64,000 nt of DNA from Chlorokybus atmophyticus (lineage: Eukaryota > Plantae > Mesostigma and Chlorokybus algae), in assembly GCA_009103225.1 (NCBI GenBank), contig RHPI01002076.1, positions 62,001-126,000 on the forward strand, written 5' to 3'. The notes beneath the pieces are model-generated. The model was not told where the DNA came from. It was given only the letters and a program-made list of their open reading frames with translations, and did not search any database. A program made the translations under genes and the position numbers. Shown in pieces: positions 23,985-35,874 of the stretch (its first letter is position 1; the number at the start of each line of letters is the position of its first letter).

Positions 23985-26900
23985 TCAGCATGTAACTCCA
24001 CTTCCTTGCTGTTTCAAAGCGCCGAACTTGACAAGCCTGCGACGCTTGACCGCTGGCCCTGGTGGCTCAACTTGCATGGGGCGTGTGGCATCATCTTGCA
24101 GCTCGCTTTCTGACGGCTCCGAGATGTGTGTGAGAGTATCCTCCAGAGAGTTATGCGGGCTCTTGCATGCTGAGGTCAGCACAACGGGAAGTTGTTCCTG
24201 CAACCCAGCTGGCCTCGGCTCTTGGGCTTCAACAGCTTGACTCGGGAGCAGCCCTTCTTGTCCAGCGCCCTGCTCATGCATCTGAGCTGGCAGCAGCTGC
24301 TCCATGTCATGTTCATTGGTTTTGACCGCAGTACTGTTCACAACCAACTTTGGGCTTTCTTTCTCAACCTCCTGTCCGGTTAGCACAGCGTCAGCCCAGT
24401 GCGGATCAAGTGCTGGGTGGACACGCTGTTCCAAGTCGGCTACAGCGGTTGTTGAGGTTTGCTGAGCATCTGCCTCGCCAACATCAGCACTGCCGACCCA
24501 GGCTGCTACCTCCACAGGCATTGCATGCATAAGCATCTGAGTTTTTAGACTCTGTGGGCCGTTTCCTGATGGTTGTGGGCTTGCTGTCGGAAGCAATTCT
24601 GTTCTGCTGTGTTTTGAGCACTCTGCTTGTGGGCTGATTGCCGGCCTCTCGTTGCCAACATCGCAGTGCTGCTCGTTGGCACACACCTTACTTGGCTGAC
24701 CCTGCACAAAAATTGGCGCACGGCTGCTGTCATTTGGCCTCAAGTGACCGCCTCCAGCGTTGTTCAAGTAGCGAGCAGTGGCATCCTTCAATCTTTGCAC
24801 ATATTGGCTGTGCCCATGCACTGCAGCAGCTTTCTGTGCCGGTTTGTTGGGAGCCGTCCTCAATGTCAAAGCAATGGCGACTTCCGCCGTACGTATGTCG
24901 CGCTTCCCAACAATGTGCTGGTTACCATTGACGTATGCATCACGTGTCGCTCGCTCGTTTGCAGCTTGCATCCGCCTTACTGCTGCGTCGGCCGCCATCG
25001 TGACTACTGGCCTAGGCAGATTCCCAAACAAGGCGCGCCCATCGTGCACAACGGGATGCTTATCTTGCACAGCAGGACGCTGGTTCGAATTTCCAACTTC
25101 GGAAACAGCATCCACAGCTGCTTGCACTATGCGCCCAACACATTCTGCCTCCTGTCAAAAACGGTTATCAGTTTTTGATACTTGTTAAAACCAGGGAGAG
25201 TCAAACTAGTCACTTACTGCATCTGGGCTCGCAGAAGGCACCTGCACTGGCGATGCAGCAGCCTGTCCTGCTTGGCTCCTCAATACATGCTGTTCATCAG
25301 CATGCTGTCCTTGCTGCGGCTGGGTCAAGTGCTTGATCTGCTGGTTTACCACATCAGGTGACTCCCCCTGCGCATCCTCAACCACATCTCTGTCTTCAGG
25401 CGTACAACCTGATTGCTGTGGCCGTTTTCCTTGCTGCACCAATTTTGAAGGTGATGCCACTTCGATTGGCCTCTCTGCACCATCTGCAGGTGGCAGTGTG
25501 GCCTCAACTTGCTTGTTGCTGTTTTCGCCCAATGCGCGCATGTATGAAGCCCCTTTCACGCCAGTGGCTTTGGAACTTGCCGAATTTCTGTGCTGTGAGG
25601 CAGTAGCCTGCAAACACGGCAGCAATGATCAGAACGATGCAGTAGAAAGGCAACGCTGTCAGTGGCTGTTGTACAAGCCATAAAAAATGGTGATTGAGTG
25701 ACATCCGCACAAGGTTTTACCTTTACTGCTAACGGTGGTGTTGCTGGTACATGTCTCGCGCTAGTCACGGGTGTATTGCGGGCAATTTGCGGCGGATCAT
25801 GTGCTTCAGCACCTGCGGCTATGCATGTTGCCTGCTCGGGACGGGATTCTGGTTTGGCCACCCGCATCTGGCACAACCAATTCCAGCAGTCACTTTGCCA
25901 GTGCATGTACTCTTACAACTCAGTGTGTGCCTCATTGTAGTCAAGTTCAATAAACAAGTTGCAAGCCTCAACAAAATGCACCTCCGCTTCTTGCGTTGGA
26001 GACTGTTGAGTCACCCCTTGCATCTCACGCGCAAGCTGCATTCTGTGCTTCTGCAAATGTGCACGTCATCAGAACCTCAAATCCCATAACCACCCATCAG
26101 CCACGGGAAAAGAAGAGACGTTACCTTTGCGTTTGCGTATGCCAAAGCAGCGGCTTCAAGCTGCTCCTTCGCAATGCTCTCTTCAGCCATGGCCCGCGTG
26201 AGGCGGAGCTGCCGTTCCAAATCCTGCACCGTCGGCAGCTGAAGCGCTGTCACGCGTGTGTCACGTGTCTTCCGTTTCCTACACCACGACTTGGTATTGT
26301 CCTTGGCGCATGTGTGCTTGGCATGTGCATCCGTTGTGCCTGCTTGCAACTCTGCTGGCGATGGATGCGATCCTCCACTCTGTGTGCGTGGCTTCTTCCT
26401 TTTCAGTGTTTTCTTGGGTAACCTGTCTTGTGCTGCACGCAAGCCGTTTGTGGTTTTTAGGCGCGAGGTGCGGACTAGCCGGATTGGAGCTGCTTCAGCC
26501 TGCGTACATGCCATATGCATTACAACAATGGCATGCTGCTTGTACCACACCAAACAGATATCTACTTTGTGACCTATATTTACCAGCACAGTGTGCGCTG
26601 AACATGCTGAAGGGCACCATGCAAACGAAAAGCTGCTCATGCAATGTCACTACTCACGCTTTGCTTTCTCACCCTGTTTTGCTTCTTGCTCAGGCGCCTG
26701 GTTTTCTTGAAGCGCTGCTTGTTGAGCGTGTTTGCATTATGGTGCTCAGCACGCTCCTGAGATCAACATTCAAGTACTGAGCATCCATGCAACTGTGGGA
26801 AGAATGATGGCACCAACGCCTTTAAACACAATGCCAATAGCTGACCTGAGCTTCAACCTCCTGCCATTGCGTGCCACCACTTGCAGCATGTTCGTGTTGC

Positions 26901-27287
26901 TGCAAGTACATTCGCAAGTATTGATCAGCGCACAAGGTTTCGCTGCTCGGCACTGAACACAGTACAAGCTGAACACATGTGATGTAAAGGCCTAACAAAG
27001 CATGCCTAACATTTGCACAGTCAGTTGAATAGTAGTACTTGCATTTCCACGTGAGAGCTTCCATGTGCTGTACGGAAAGCAACACCCATTGACTAGCACT
27101 CTCGGAATACGAGCTGATGAGGAAAGCAAACAGACAGAAGCTGCAGCTTCACCTCAGCTGCCAGAGCGATTGCTTTCCTCCGCTTCTCCTTGCGCCTGAG
27201 TCTTTTGCTACGCTGCGCTCTCTGTCCAGCTGCTGCAAACACTCTACCCGCAGCAGCCCCACCATGACCAGGCCCAGCAGGGGCCAT
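23985..27287 (-). CDS. Uncharacterised multi-exon gene or pseudogene, low complexity, possible N-terminal Myb/SANT-like motif
   Basis: Long same-strand open frames (23985-25127, 25206-25625, 26077-26640) with splice-like borders and an Arg/Lys-rich first exon (MAPAGPG..RRKEKRRK). The 5' exon phases could not be reconciled. Confidence 0.4.
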
Positions 27288-28075
27288 GAGCTTCAACCAC
27301 AGGCGTCGGCTGCAGCCTGTTCCCGGAACCAGCTGCCAACCTCGGCAACACAAAGCTCCCCAAAGGCAAGCTGGCCAATGCAATCAACTCTATAACTGCC
27401 ACGTGATCTACACCGCCGCCGCTACCGTCACCGCCGCCGCCGCCGCCAAGCACTTGCTCGCTACGCATGCACAATGGCTGCATAACAAACGACGGCTACA
27501 TCTAACCTCATTCTTTGTCTGTTAACTGGATCAACCCATTTGCTTGGCTTGATCTGGCTAAGTTAAACCAGCCATGGTTGAACTCAACCGCGAGGTTTGC
27601 CATTGCGGTCGTTGCTTCAATTCTGCATGCTGCGTTTCGTCCACGTTTACGTGATTCCACCTGGTTTGTTTCAACTAAACAGACCGGTTAAGTTACTAAA
27701 CTTTTGTTCGTTCGTTTCTCGCGTTTCACAAAACGCATTGCAAGTTGACTGCCTCTGCCTTTGCCAATGGCAATACTGCAGGCAATTACTGTGTCACACA
27801 TGATGCGTATGTGCAACTCCCATTCGCATTTACTGTACACTTACAGCTATGGAGCTCTACAGGTCACATTCTCAAATCAAAGATATGTGTGTCGACAACA
27901 ATCGTGCTTTACGCAACGACTCGAGACAAAAATGACCTGAGAGATACCGCACTTGACTGCTAGAAGTTATGTGTGAACACATTGCACATGTGCATACATG
28001 AGCACGTACAGCATATCAATGCACCAAACACTCATCTCCATGCCTAAACAAAGATCAGATGTCCCATTACTATCA

Positions 28076-31000
28076 CTACTGAAACCACCCTCGCGCCGCT
28101 CCTTGCGCCGGCACCGCCTGCCCCTTGACCTTTTCCCATACCGCCGACGCGGGCGCGTTGTTATTCTGCGACGACTTGAGCACCTCGCGGCACGACTCGA
28201 GGACCTCCGCGCGCTCCTTGGGCTTGATGTCAGCGCGGAGGGAGAGGACCTTCTCCAACGCGCTGAACGGGATGTTGGACGCAGACTGGGTGGAACCAAC
28301 TGATGGTGAGCATTGAGAACGACACCAACAATAACAACAACAGCAACAGCAACAATAACAACAGCAGCAACAACAATAACAACAACAACAACAACAACAG
28401 CAAAAACAACATGAAACGCAGTAACAACAACAAAACAAAAACAACAATGATGCCAACAGCAACAACAACAAAAAAAAAAAAACGACAACGACAATGACAA
28501 CAACAATAACAACACACCTGGAGCATGAGTGTCAGTGACAGCACAAACGACTCCGTGTTATCCGCGCTTGCAAAGTCCCGTATCCCCGACAGCGGCTGCA
28601 TGGCGCTATCGAGCGTCTTGCGTGGCAGATAATCCTCAAACGCCGATGCAAACGCAGCTTCATCCTCTTCCATGCGCGCGAGCGTGTTCTCCTTAATCGG
28701 CGCTTTTTGCTTGAGGAACGCCGTCAGGTACAGCGCAAGAAGCTGATGCAAAGCCAGCTCCGTCACGGAAGTGAAGTAGTCGGGATCGGTCCACGCTTGC
28801 AAGTCGCCAAAGTAGTCCTGGAGAGTCGCCACGATCGTGCTGGTCACCTCGCCAGTCAGCCACGCTGTGCGCAACACAACAGCGATGAGCAAGCAGCTTT
28901 TTCACAAAATCAACTGCCTCAGCACGCACACACAGACATGTATACATATGGGCGTGCATGCGTCTGTGCGCATGCATGAGCATTTACGTGCGCACCCGCG
29001 CACACACGCACGCGCGGGCGCACGCGCGGGCGCACGCCGACAGCACGTTGAGTAAGCTGCATGCCCACACCACCAACATGTTTCTTCATACCTGGCTCAA
29101 ACAGCTTGCTGAACACTTCCTTGACTCCCACATCCCCAAACACCGCTTCGCACAATACCCCCGCCGCCTCTTTCGCCACCTCCACAAACCCTTCACTCGC
29201 CCTCCTACTCTCCTCATCACTCACCGCTCCCACCTCATCCCCAAGTGCATCGAGTAAAGCCATCACCGCATCCTCCGCCAGCCCCCTACTCCTCACACTG
29301 TTATTAATCACCGCACACAAGTACTCCAAAGGTATCTCCGCAGCTTGTTCAACATGCAGCTTCATCCTCTGTGCCTGTTGGTAGTCCAGTATGGCTTGGA
29401 TCACGGATGAAGCTAGCTTGGTGAGTATGTCCCCCGTGGCGGTGTCTTGGACGACGGTGATCTGTTCTCCGAGGATGCGGAAGAAGTCGATGGGGGCGGG
29501 GGAGTAGAGACGGCCGTCGTCGTGGGACTTGGGAGGGGACTCGCGGTCGGCAGTCAGGATGTTCTCGGACCAGGTCTGGGGGGATGAGAAGAAGAGTGTT
29601 AGGAGGAACCTCGTGGCGACACAGATGTAAGATGGGTGAGAAGACGCACGTGTAGTGCGCGTGTATGTGTGCGCATGTTCGTGCATGTGTTAGTGCGTTT
29701 GTTGGTGTGCAACTGCGGGAGCCGGTATGCATACATGTGTGCGTGTGTACTTGGTGTACTTGCACTTGTGTACTTGTGCGCGTGATTGTGTTTGAGTGTA
29801 TATCACACACATGCATGTCCGTATGTCTGTTAAACACGCACACACCCAATATACGTGTTTGTGTGTCTGCACCCACGCACCCACCCACCCACAACATACC
29901 TGCATCGTCTCCCGCATGCGCGCCACGTATGTCGATATCAGCCTATCCAGTCCTATCCCTCCATCCGCCCCCGCCGACAGCGTCGCAATGGTCTCTTCCT
30001 GATTCATCTCATGCAGTTGTCTCTCATAGGCCGCTAGCCACTGCACCACGGCAAGTATGTCCGTGTTGGCCATCTCCGCCGCCCTCTCCCCGAACCCACA
30101 CAACATGATGTAGAAGTGTCTGTTGAACCTCTTCGCCATGATGGAAGCGACATCGTATTTAGGCGGGAAGCACGGGCCGACGTACTTGTGGACTTCACGT
30201 AGTTGCGAGGCGAGGAGTGTGGCGGCGTCTAATGCGGATGTTGTGTCGGATTCTTGTAAGAACTCGGGGAGGAGTGTGGCGAAGCGTTCGTCGACGGATG
30301 ATTCCAACTTGGCGAGACAGGAAGCCATGTAACCTTTCTCAGTGAGGAGGTTGCTGCTAGCGCCGACGTTGCCGGCATCGATCTCCTTGCGGAGCTGCTC
30401 GTCAATACGCTCCTGCATCTCAATCACTCTACACAACAACAACAGATGAGGTTGACATGTAGCTGCATGCATATGAAGCCACTCATTGAGCTGCACACGC
30501 ACGCGCACGCGCATGCACACGTGTGTCAGCACATGCCAACATGTTACCTAACTGCTCGCACCAGTTGCGAAGGCCTGCATGAGGGCAGAGGAGGATACAC
30601 ATCAGGGTGAGTAGTCAGAAACAAAGAGGAGAGGTATGTTACTACCACGCACTCACTTGGACTTGGCGATGCGCACGCTGTCAGATATAGTCCGCCAGAG
30701 CAGTTCTTCAAGCTGCGCGCGCGTCTGCGTGATCATGTCGACGTACTCCCTGCGGTTCACACAAGCACACGTACAGTTGGCAGCCAAAGTGCCATTGGAT
30801 GATATACACAATGACACAGCCGGTTGACTTGACTCGTTAGGCCTGAGCTACAGCAGCCAAGATACAGTAAACCCAGTTATGACAAAGTTCTGCACTAAGG
30901 TGTTGGCAAGTGCAAGCAAACCACCTTGAGGATGTAGTACCCACACATGTAAGCCCAGCCTCAGTATTAAAAAGGCAAAGCTTGCCCAAGTCATGGCATG

Positions 31001-32925
31001 CGTGACTCACTTGAGACTGCTGTCGCCGATCTTGCGGTCCGTTATGTTGGCCTGCAGTGCCGCGAACGCAAAGCGACTGCGCCCTTCCAGCGTGGCCAGC
31101 AGCTGTGTGAAACAAGCGGAAATGAGGCAACTCGCACGCACAAGGACAAACAGAGAGTGCGGAAGAGGTGTGGCAACAGGAGCAATGGACGTATGTACAT
31201 ATGGACACACCATTACCATCTTAAGAAGTGCTAATTTCAAATTTGAGTATATAACGTGTGTACACAAAAACTTGTGACGCAGACAACCGTACTGAATCAC
31301 GCGCCTGTACTGATGGAAGCTTGCATCAGTGCCGTTGCAAGCAAACCACGCGTACACCTGCCCACGCATGCACACACACAACAAGTCGGACAGAGAAAGA
31401 CCCACACTTTTACATCCCGCTCACCTCGTACGCCGCGAATGGATCGTCCGGATCCCTCAGCTGTTCCGCGACGGCCGCCAGCTCCTCCGGTATGGTGGCG
31501 ATACCCTCGACGTCCCGAAGCGTGGCGTCGAGGTTCCCTCGCGCGCGGGCGAGGAGGTTGACGAGGTCGAGGTGGGGGAGGAGGGAGGAGCACTCCGCGC
31601 AGAGACGGTCGATCATCTGGGAGGTGCATTCCGTGGCATTAACAGTGTTGGGACTTGTCAGACCATGCTAGCGCTGTGGATGAAGACTGAAGACTGGCTT
31701 GGACAATCGATCAGCTTTTGGCGCTGTGGACGTTGCGGGGTGCAAGTTGCGCGACACGATCGATGTATGCACATACCCTACTTGAATGATACCACATAAA
31801 AGTGCGTGCTACAGCAGTACGCACATGCATTGCCGGTGCAGATGTGTGCATGCGTGCGCTTGCGCGCATGCACGGTGCATACTTGTGCATGTGCGTGCGT
31901 GCGTGCGTGCGTGCATTGCGTGCGTGTGTGCGGTGCGCACATTGATCTACTCCACAAAAACAGTGATGAACAAGTGTGCGCCGGCACGCAGACCTCTACA
32001 CGCACACGTACGCATGCATGTGTGCGCGCTTGCATGCGCATCACACCACCCCCACCTGGAACGCCTCTCTTATCGCCCCCAGGTCCTCCCTGCACCCCTC
32101 CAAGTCCCCCCTCCCCTCCCTCATCTCCCCGACGAGCGTCTGCACCGTGGCAGCGATCGCGATGTCGTTGGCGGAGGAGCGGGACGAGAAGTCGGAGCGG
32201 AGGGAGGGGAGGAGGGAGAGGTGGGAGGGGAGGGGGAGGAGACGAGTGATCTGTGAGCGAGAGAGGGGAGAGGAGAGGAGAGGAGAGGTGAAACAGAGAG
32301 GTTGGTATGAAGGATGGGGAGGTCGAGGTCATGTGAGTAGGTGCAAAGGCACCAGCAGCAGGAAGAGGAGGAGGAGGAGGAGGAGTGACAACAAGTGTTG
32401 TGGTATGTACTGTGTGGGTGTACTGGTGGTAGTCAGCATGTCGTGTGGTAGTGCACAGTAATGGTAGAATGGTTTGCATATGATGCACTGATGGTATGTG
32501 TTGGGCACAGGCAGACCAATGCCTCGGATCCATGACTGTTTACACCGACTTTTAGTACCGCGGCTAGTGTCATGAAGAACTCCACTCTTAGTACTCGCAT
32601 GTATGCTGCAAAGCTGTGTCTTTTTGTGGACCCAAGTCGACTTGATATCTAACACAGTTGCGAGCAGTGCCCATTTGCATTGGTGTGCCGCTAACACTGC
32701 ATCAGAGTGAGAGAGGCCTGGCCAGAAAGGTACCCAGGTGACACTGCTGTGTTGTTGTCTTTGGTATCGCTTATAAAAATATACGTATATGTGTGTAAGA
32801 AGTACCAGCAAACTGCACATGCCCGCACACACACAACTGTCATTCGCACACTATCGTGTTGCACATGACATTCCCACCTCCTGCAGCGCCGCCTCCCTGG
32901 CTTCCACAGCATTCGCCATGTCCAT
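28076..32925 (-). CDS. SEC6: Exocyst complex subunit SEC6, ~9 exons
   Basis: Exon 1 32925-32878 MDMANAVEAREAALQE; exon 2 32250-32056 ITRLLPLP..RSSAND; exon 3 31616-31425 MIDRLCAEC..LARARGNLDATLRDVEGI. Later motifs VGPCFPPKYDV, LYSPAPIDFFRILGEQI and DFASADNTESFVLS match recalled plant SEC6. Confidence 0.92.
28322..28510. repeat. (AAC)n-rich microsatellite in the last SEC6 intron
   Basis: Visible imperfect AAC/AAT/AGC trinucleotide run. Confidence 0.9.
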
Positions 32926-33146
32926 GCTGGACTACCTCTCACCCTCGCCGCCACCGCCGCCCTCCTCCTCCACCTGATCCTCCGTCTCCTCCTCGCCCTC
33001 ACTCCTTCGCCAGCACCGCCGCCACCGCCACTACATCTCCCTCATCAACTACAACTTCATCAACAACGACAAGCACGAGCACAAGCAGAAGCAGAAGCAA
33101 GTCGACCATCAGGCGGCGGCGGCGGCGTTGGTGGCCTGCGTCAGCG
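32926..33146. promoter_or_regulatory. Compact bidirectional promoter / shared 5' region of SEC6 and eIF2B-epsilon
   Basis: Only 221 nt separate the divergent start codons at 32925 (-) and 33147 (+). Confidence 0.6.
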
Positions 33147-35151
33147 ATGGGTCCGCCAGGCGGCAAGGGTGGTAAGGGCGGTGGAGGTGGAGGCGTGGGC
33201 GGTGGCGAGGTGGCGGACGTGGCCTCCCTCCACGCGCCGCTCCAGGCGGTCGTACTGGCAGACAGCTTTGCGCAGCGGTTCAGACCGATCACGGTGGAGA
33301 GGCCCAAAGTGAGAACACACAGCTTGACATGCATGCGTGCATGTGTAAGGAGGAGTTCATAGTGGGATGTTTTCAAAGAATCAGGGGGTGAATGAAAATG
33401 GTCAGTCAAACAGTCACAGACTGAGTTAGGCATTGCTCACGACGCGAGTGTAAAAACCATGAGGATACCGCATGCGGTTACTGCAGTGCGCACAGTTACA
33501 ATGTGTGTGTGATCTCACTTTTTGTTGACTTCAACAATGAATCCAGTTGTTTGTTTTGTGTCTCCAGCTTTGTGGACTTGCATGGCCGTACATTGCTACC
33601 AGATCTAAACTTGCAGCAGATGACATCTGTATCTCTCTATCAAATGCATGCTTGTGACTGTGCATGCATTGTGATCTGTAGCCTTACACGCAATGCTCAC
33701 AACTATAAACAAACTCAACCTGTGAACATCATGCAGGTAGCGCAAGTGTATCATTCATGTTGACCACTATGTCAATCCTCGCTTAGCATAACTCCGTTAC
33801 ATAGTGATCTTCAATATTGTCTAATCTGCCAGGCACAAGCAGGTCATACATAGTGCATGAGGACTGGTTGCTGTGTAGTTAGCCAACACCTCTGCTTAGG
33901 TTCTGCTGCCTCTGGTGAATGCGCCCATGCTGGACTACACGCTGGAGTGGCTGGCGGGCGCGGGCGTGGAGGAGTGCATCGTCTTTGCTTGCGCGCACTC
34001 ACGACAAATACAGGTATAACATACATATGCAAGCGCATGCGCGCACACATCTACATGCACACGCTCACACGCACGCGTGCAGGCATGCACACTCACATGC
34101 ACGCACAAGCATGCGGCTGCACACACGCACGCACATCTTAACACGTGGACACACACGCGCGCGCACACAGCAATGCCGAGGCCAGAGGTTCTCATTGCTC
34201 GCTCACAGCAACATCATCAATCACAGGTGCACTGCGAGAAGCGTTGGCAGCACGCCGGCACCATGAAGGTGACTGTGGTGGTGTCGCACGCGTGCATATC
34301 GGCCGGGGAGGCTCTGCGTTTCATCGACCAGCGCAACATCATCCGGTCCGATTTCGTGCTCGTGACGGGGGACACGGTATCCAACATGAGCCTAGACAAG
34401 GTGCGCGCGAGTGCGTGTGCATGTGTGGGTGGGCGCGTGCGATATTGTTGTTGGCCATATCATTGACTTGTTCAGTCTCCGTACTGAGACGCGCTGATCT
34501 CCACAACTGCGCGCGCAGTCCATGGCAACATCAATGTGCACAAACCAGGGGTATATTGTAGTGTTCCTTTTTGGTCCTGTGTATACTCCCAGCTTTTGAT
34601 GATTACTTTCCCAACCCCTTAACCACTTTTGCTGCAACTGCCAAGTCCAACATCTACGCTGCCCTTAACACTAGAGGCAGCCATTGGTTGAGAACCCAGC
34701 TCATCCATACATACTTTAATCAACCCAGCATAACACTCACTCGTGCACGTGTGGTTGATTCATCCCATCATCACCTATCCACTCACTATCACACCCATCC
34801 ATGCATCCATCCATGCAAGCAAGCTTGCATGGATGGATCCATTCATTCGTCCACAGTCGTGTACTTATTAACATACTCTCACACACATGTAGCTCACACC
34901 CCCACCCCCACCCACTCACCCACTCACCCCACCCCTCCCCCTCCCCCTCCCCCCCCCCCCNNNNNNNNNNNNNNNNNNNNNNNNNNNNNNNNNNNNNNNN
35001 NNNNNNNNNNNNNNNNNNNNNNNNNNNNNNNNNNNNNNNNNNNNNNNNNNNNNNNNNNNNNNNNNNNNNNNNNNNNNNNNNNNNNNNNNNNNNNNNNNNN
35101 NNNNNNNNNNNNNNNNNNNNNNNNNNNNNNNNNNNNNNNNNNNNNNNNNNN

Positions 35152-35185
<34 letters not shown>

Positions 35186-35820
35186 TTCAGGTCCTTTCCG
35201 CCCACCGTTCCCGCCGCGCCCTCGACAAGTCCTGCGTGATGACCCTGACCGCCCGTCCCTGCCACCCCGACCACCGCTCTTATCGACTCGGGGACGCGGA
35301 CCTGACGGTGGCGGTGGACGCGGGGACGAGGCAGCTGCTGGTTTATGAGGAGGAGGGGAGGGGAGGGGTGGGGAGTGTGGGGATTGATGTAGCAATGCTG
35401 GCGGAACGAACCAGCACGGCAACGGCAGTGGAAGTGAGGTATGACCTGCAGGACTGCTACATCGACATATGCGCGCCCGAGGTGGGTGGGGTCATGGGGC
35501 AGCATTGCTCTCTCGCACACGCACACACGCATGCATGCTCGCGCGCTTGCGCAGGTGCACGCACCCACCCGCACATGCACACACTGGCATGCACGCACAC
35601 GCGCACACGCACTGGCATGCAAGTGCCGTTGAGCACACACACACGGCCACAGGCACGCGCGCAAGCACTGGCACACATGCTCTGGCATGCATGCACACGC
35701 AATCACGTACACACATGCATGCGCGCACGCACATGGACACACTCGCACGCGCACGAACATGCATGCACACACCCAGGCACGCACAAGCACGCATACATAC
35801 GCGCGCATCTGTGCGTGCAC

Positions 35821-35874
<54 letters not shown>

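Noticed and set aside
26763-26765. Selenocysteine recoding of the in-frame TGA
   Set aside because: No redox-motif context and no SECIS element recognised
27967-28515. Poly-Leu, poly-Cys and poly-Asn ORFs
   Set aside because: Products of the (AAC)n intron repeat in SEC6
32640-32720. Possible SEC6 exon 2 (LLATVLDIKSTWVHKKTQ)
   Set aside because: Exon 32250-32056 matches the same SEC6 segment much better and is in phase
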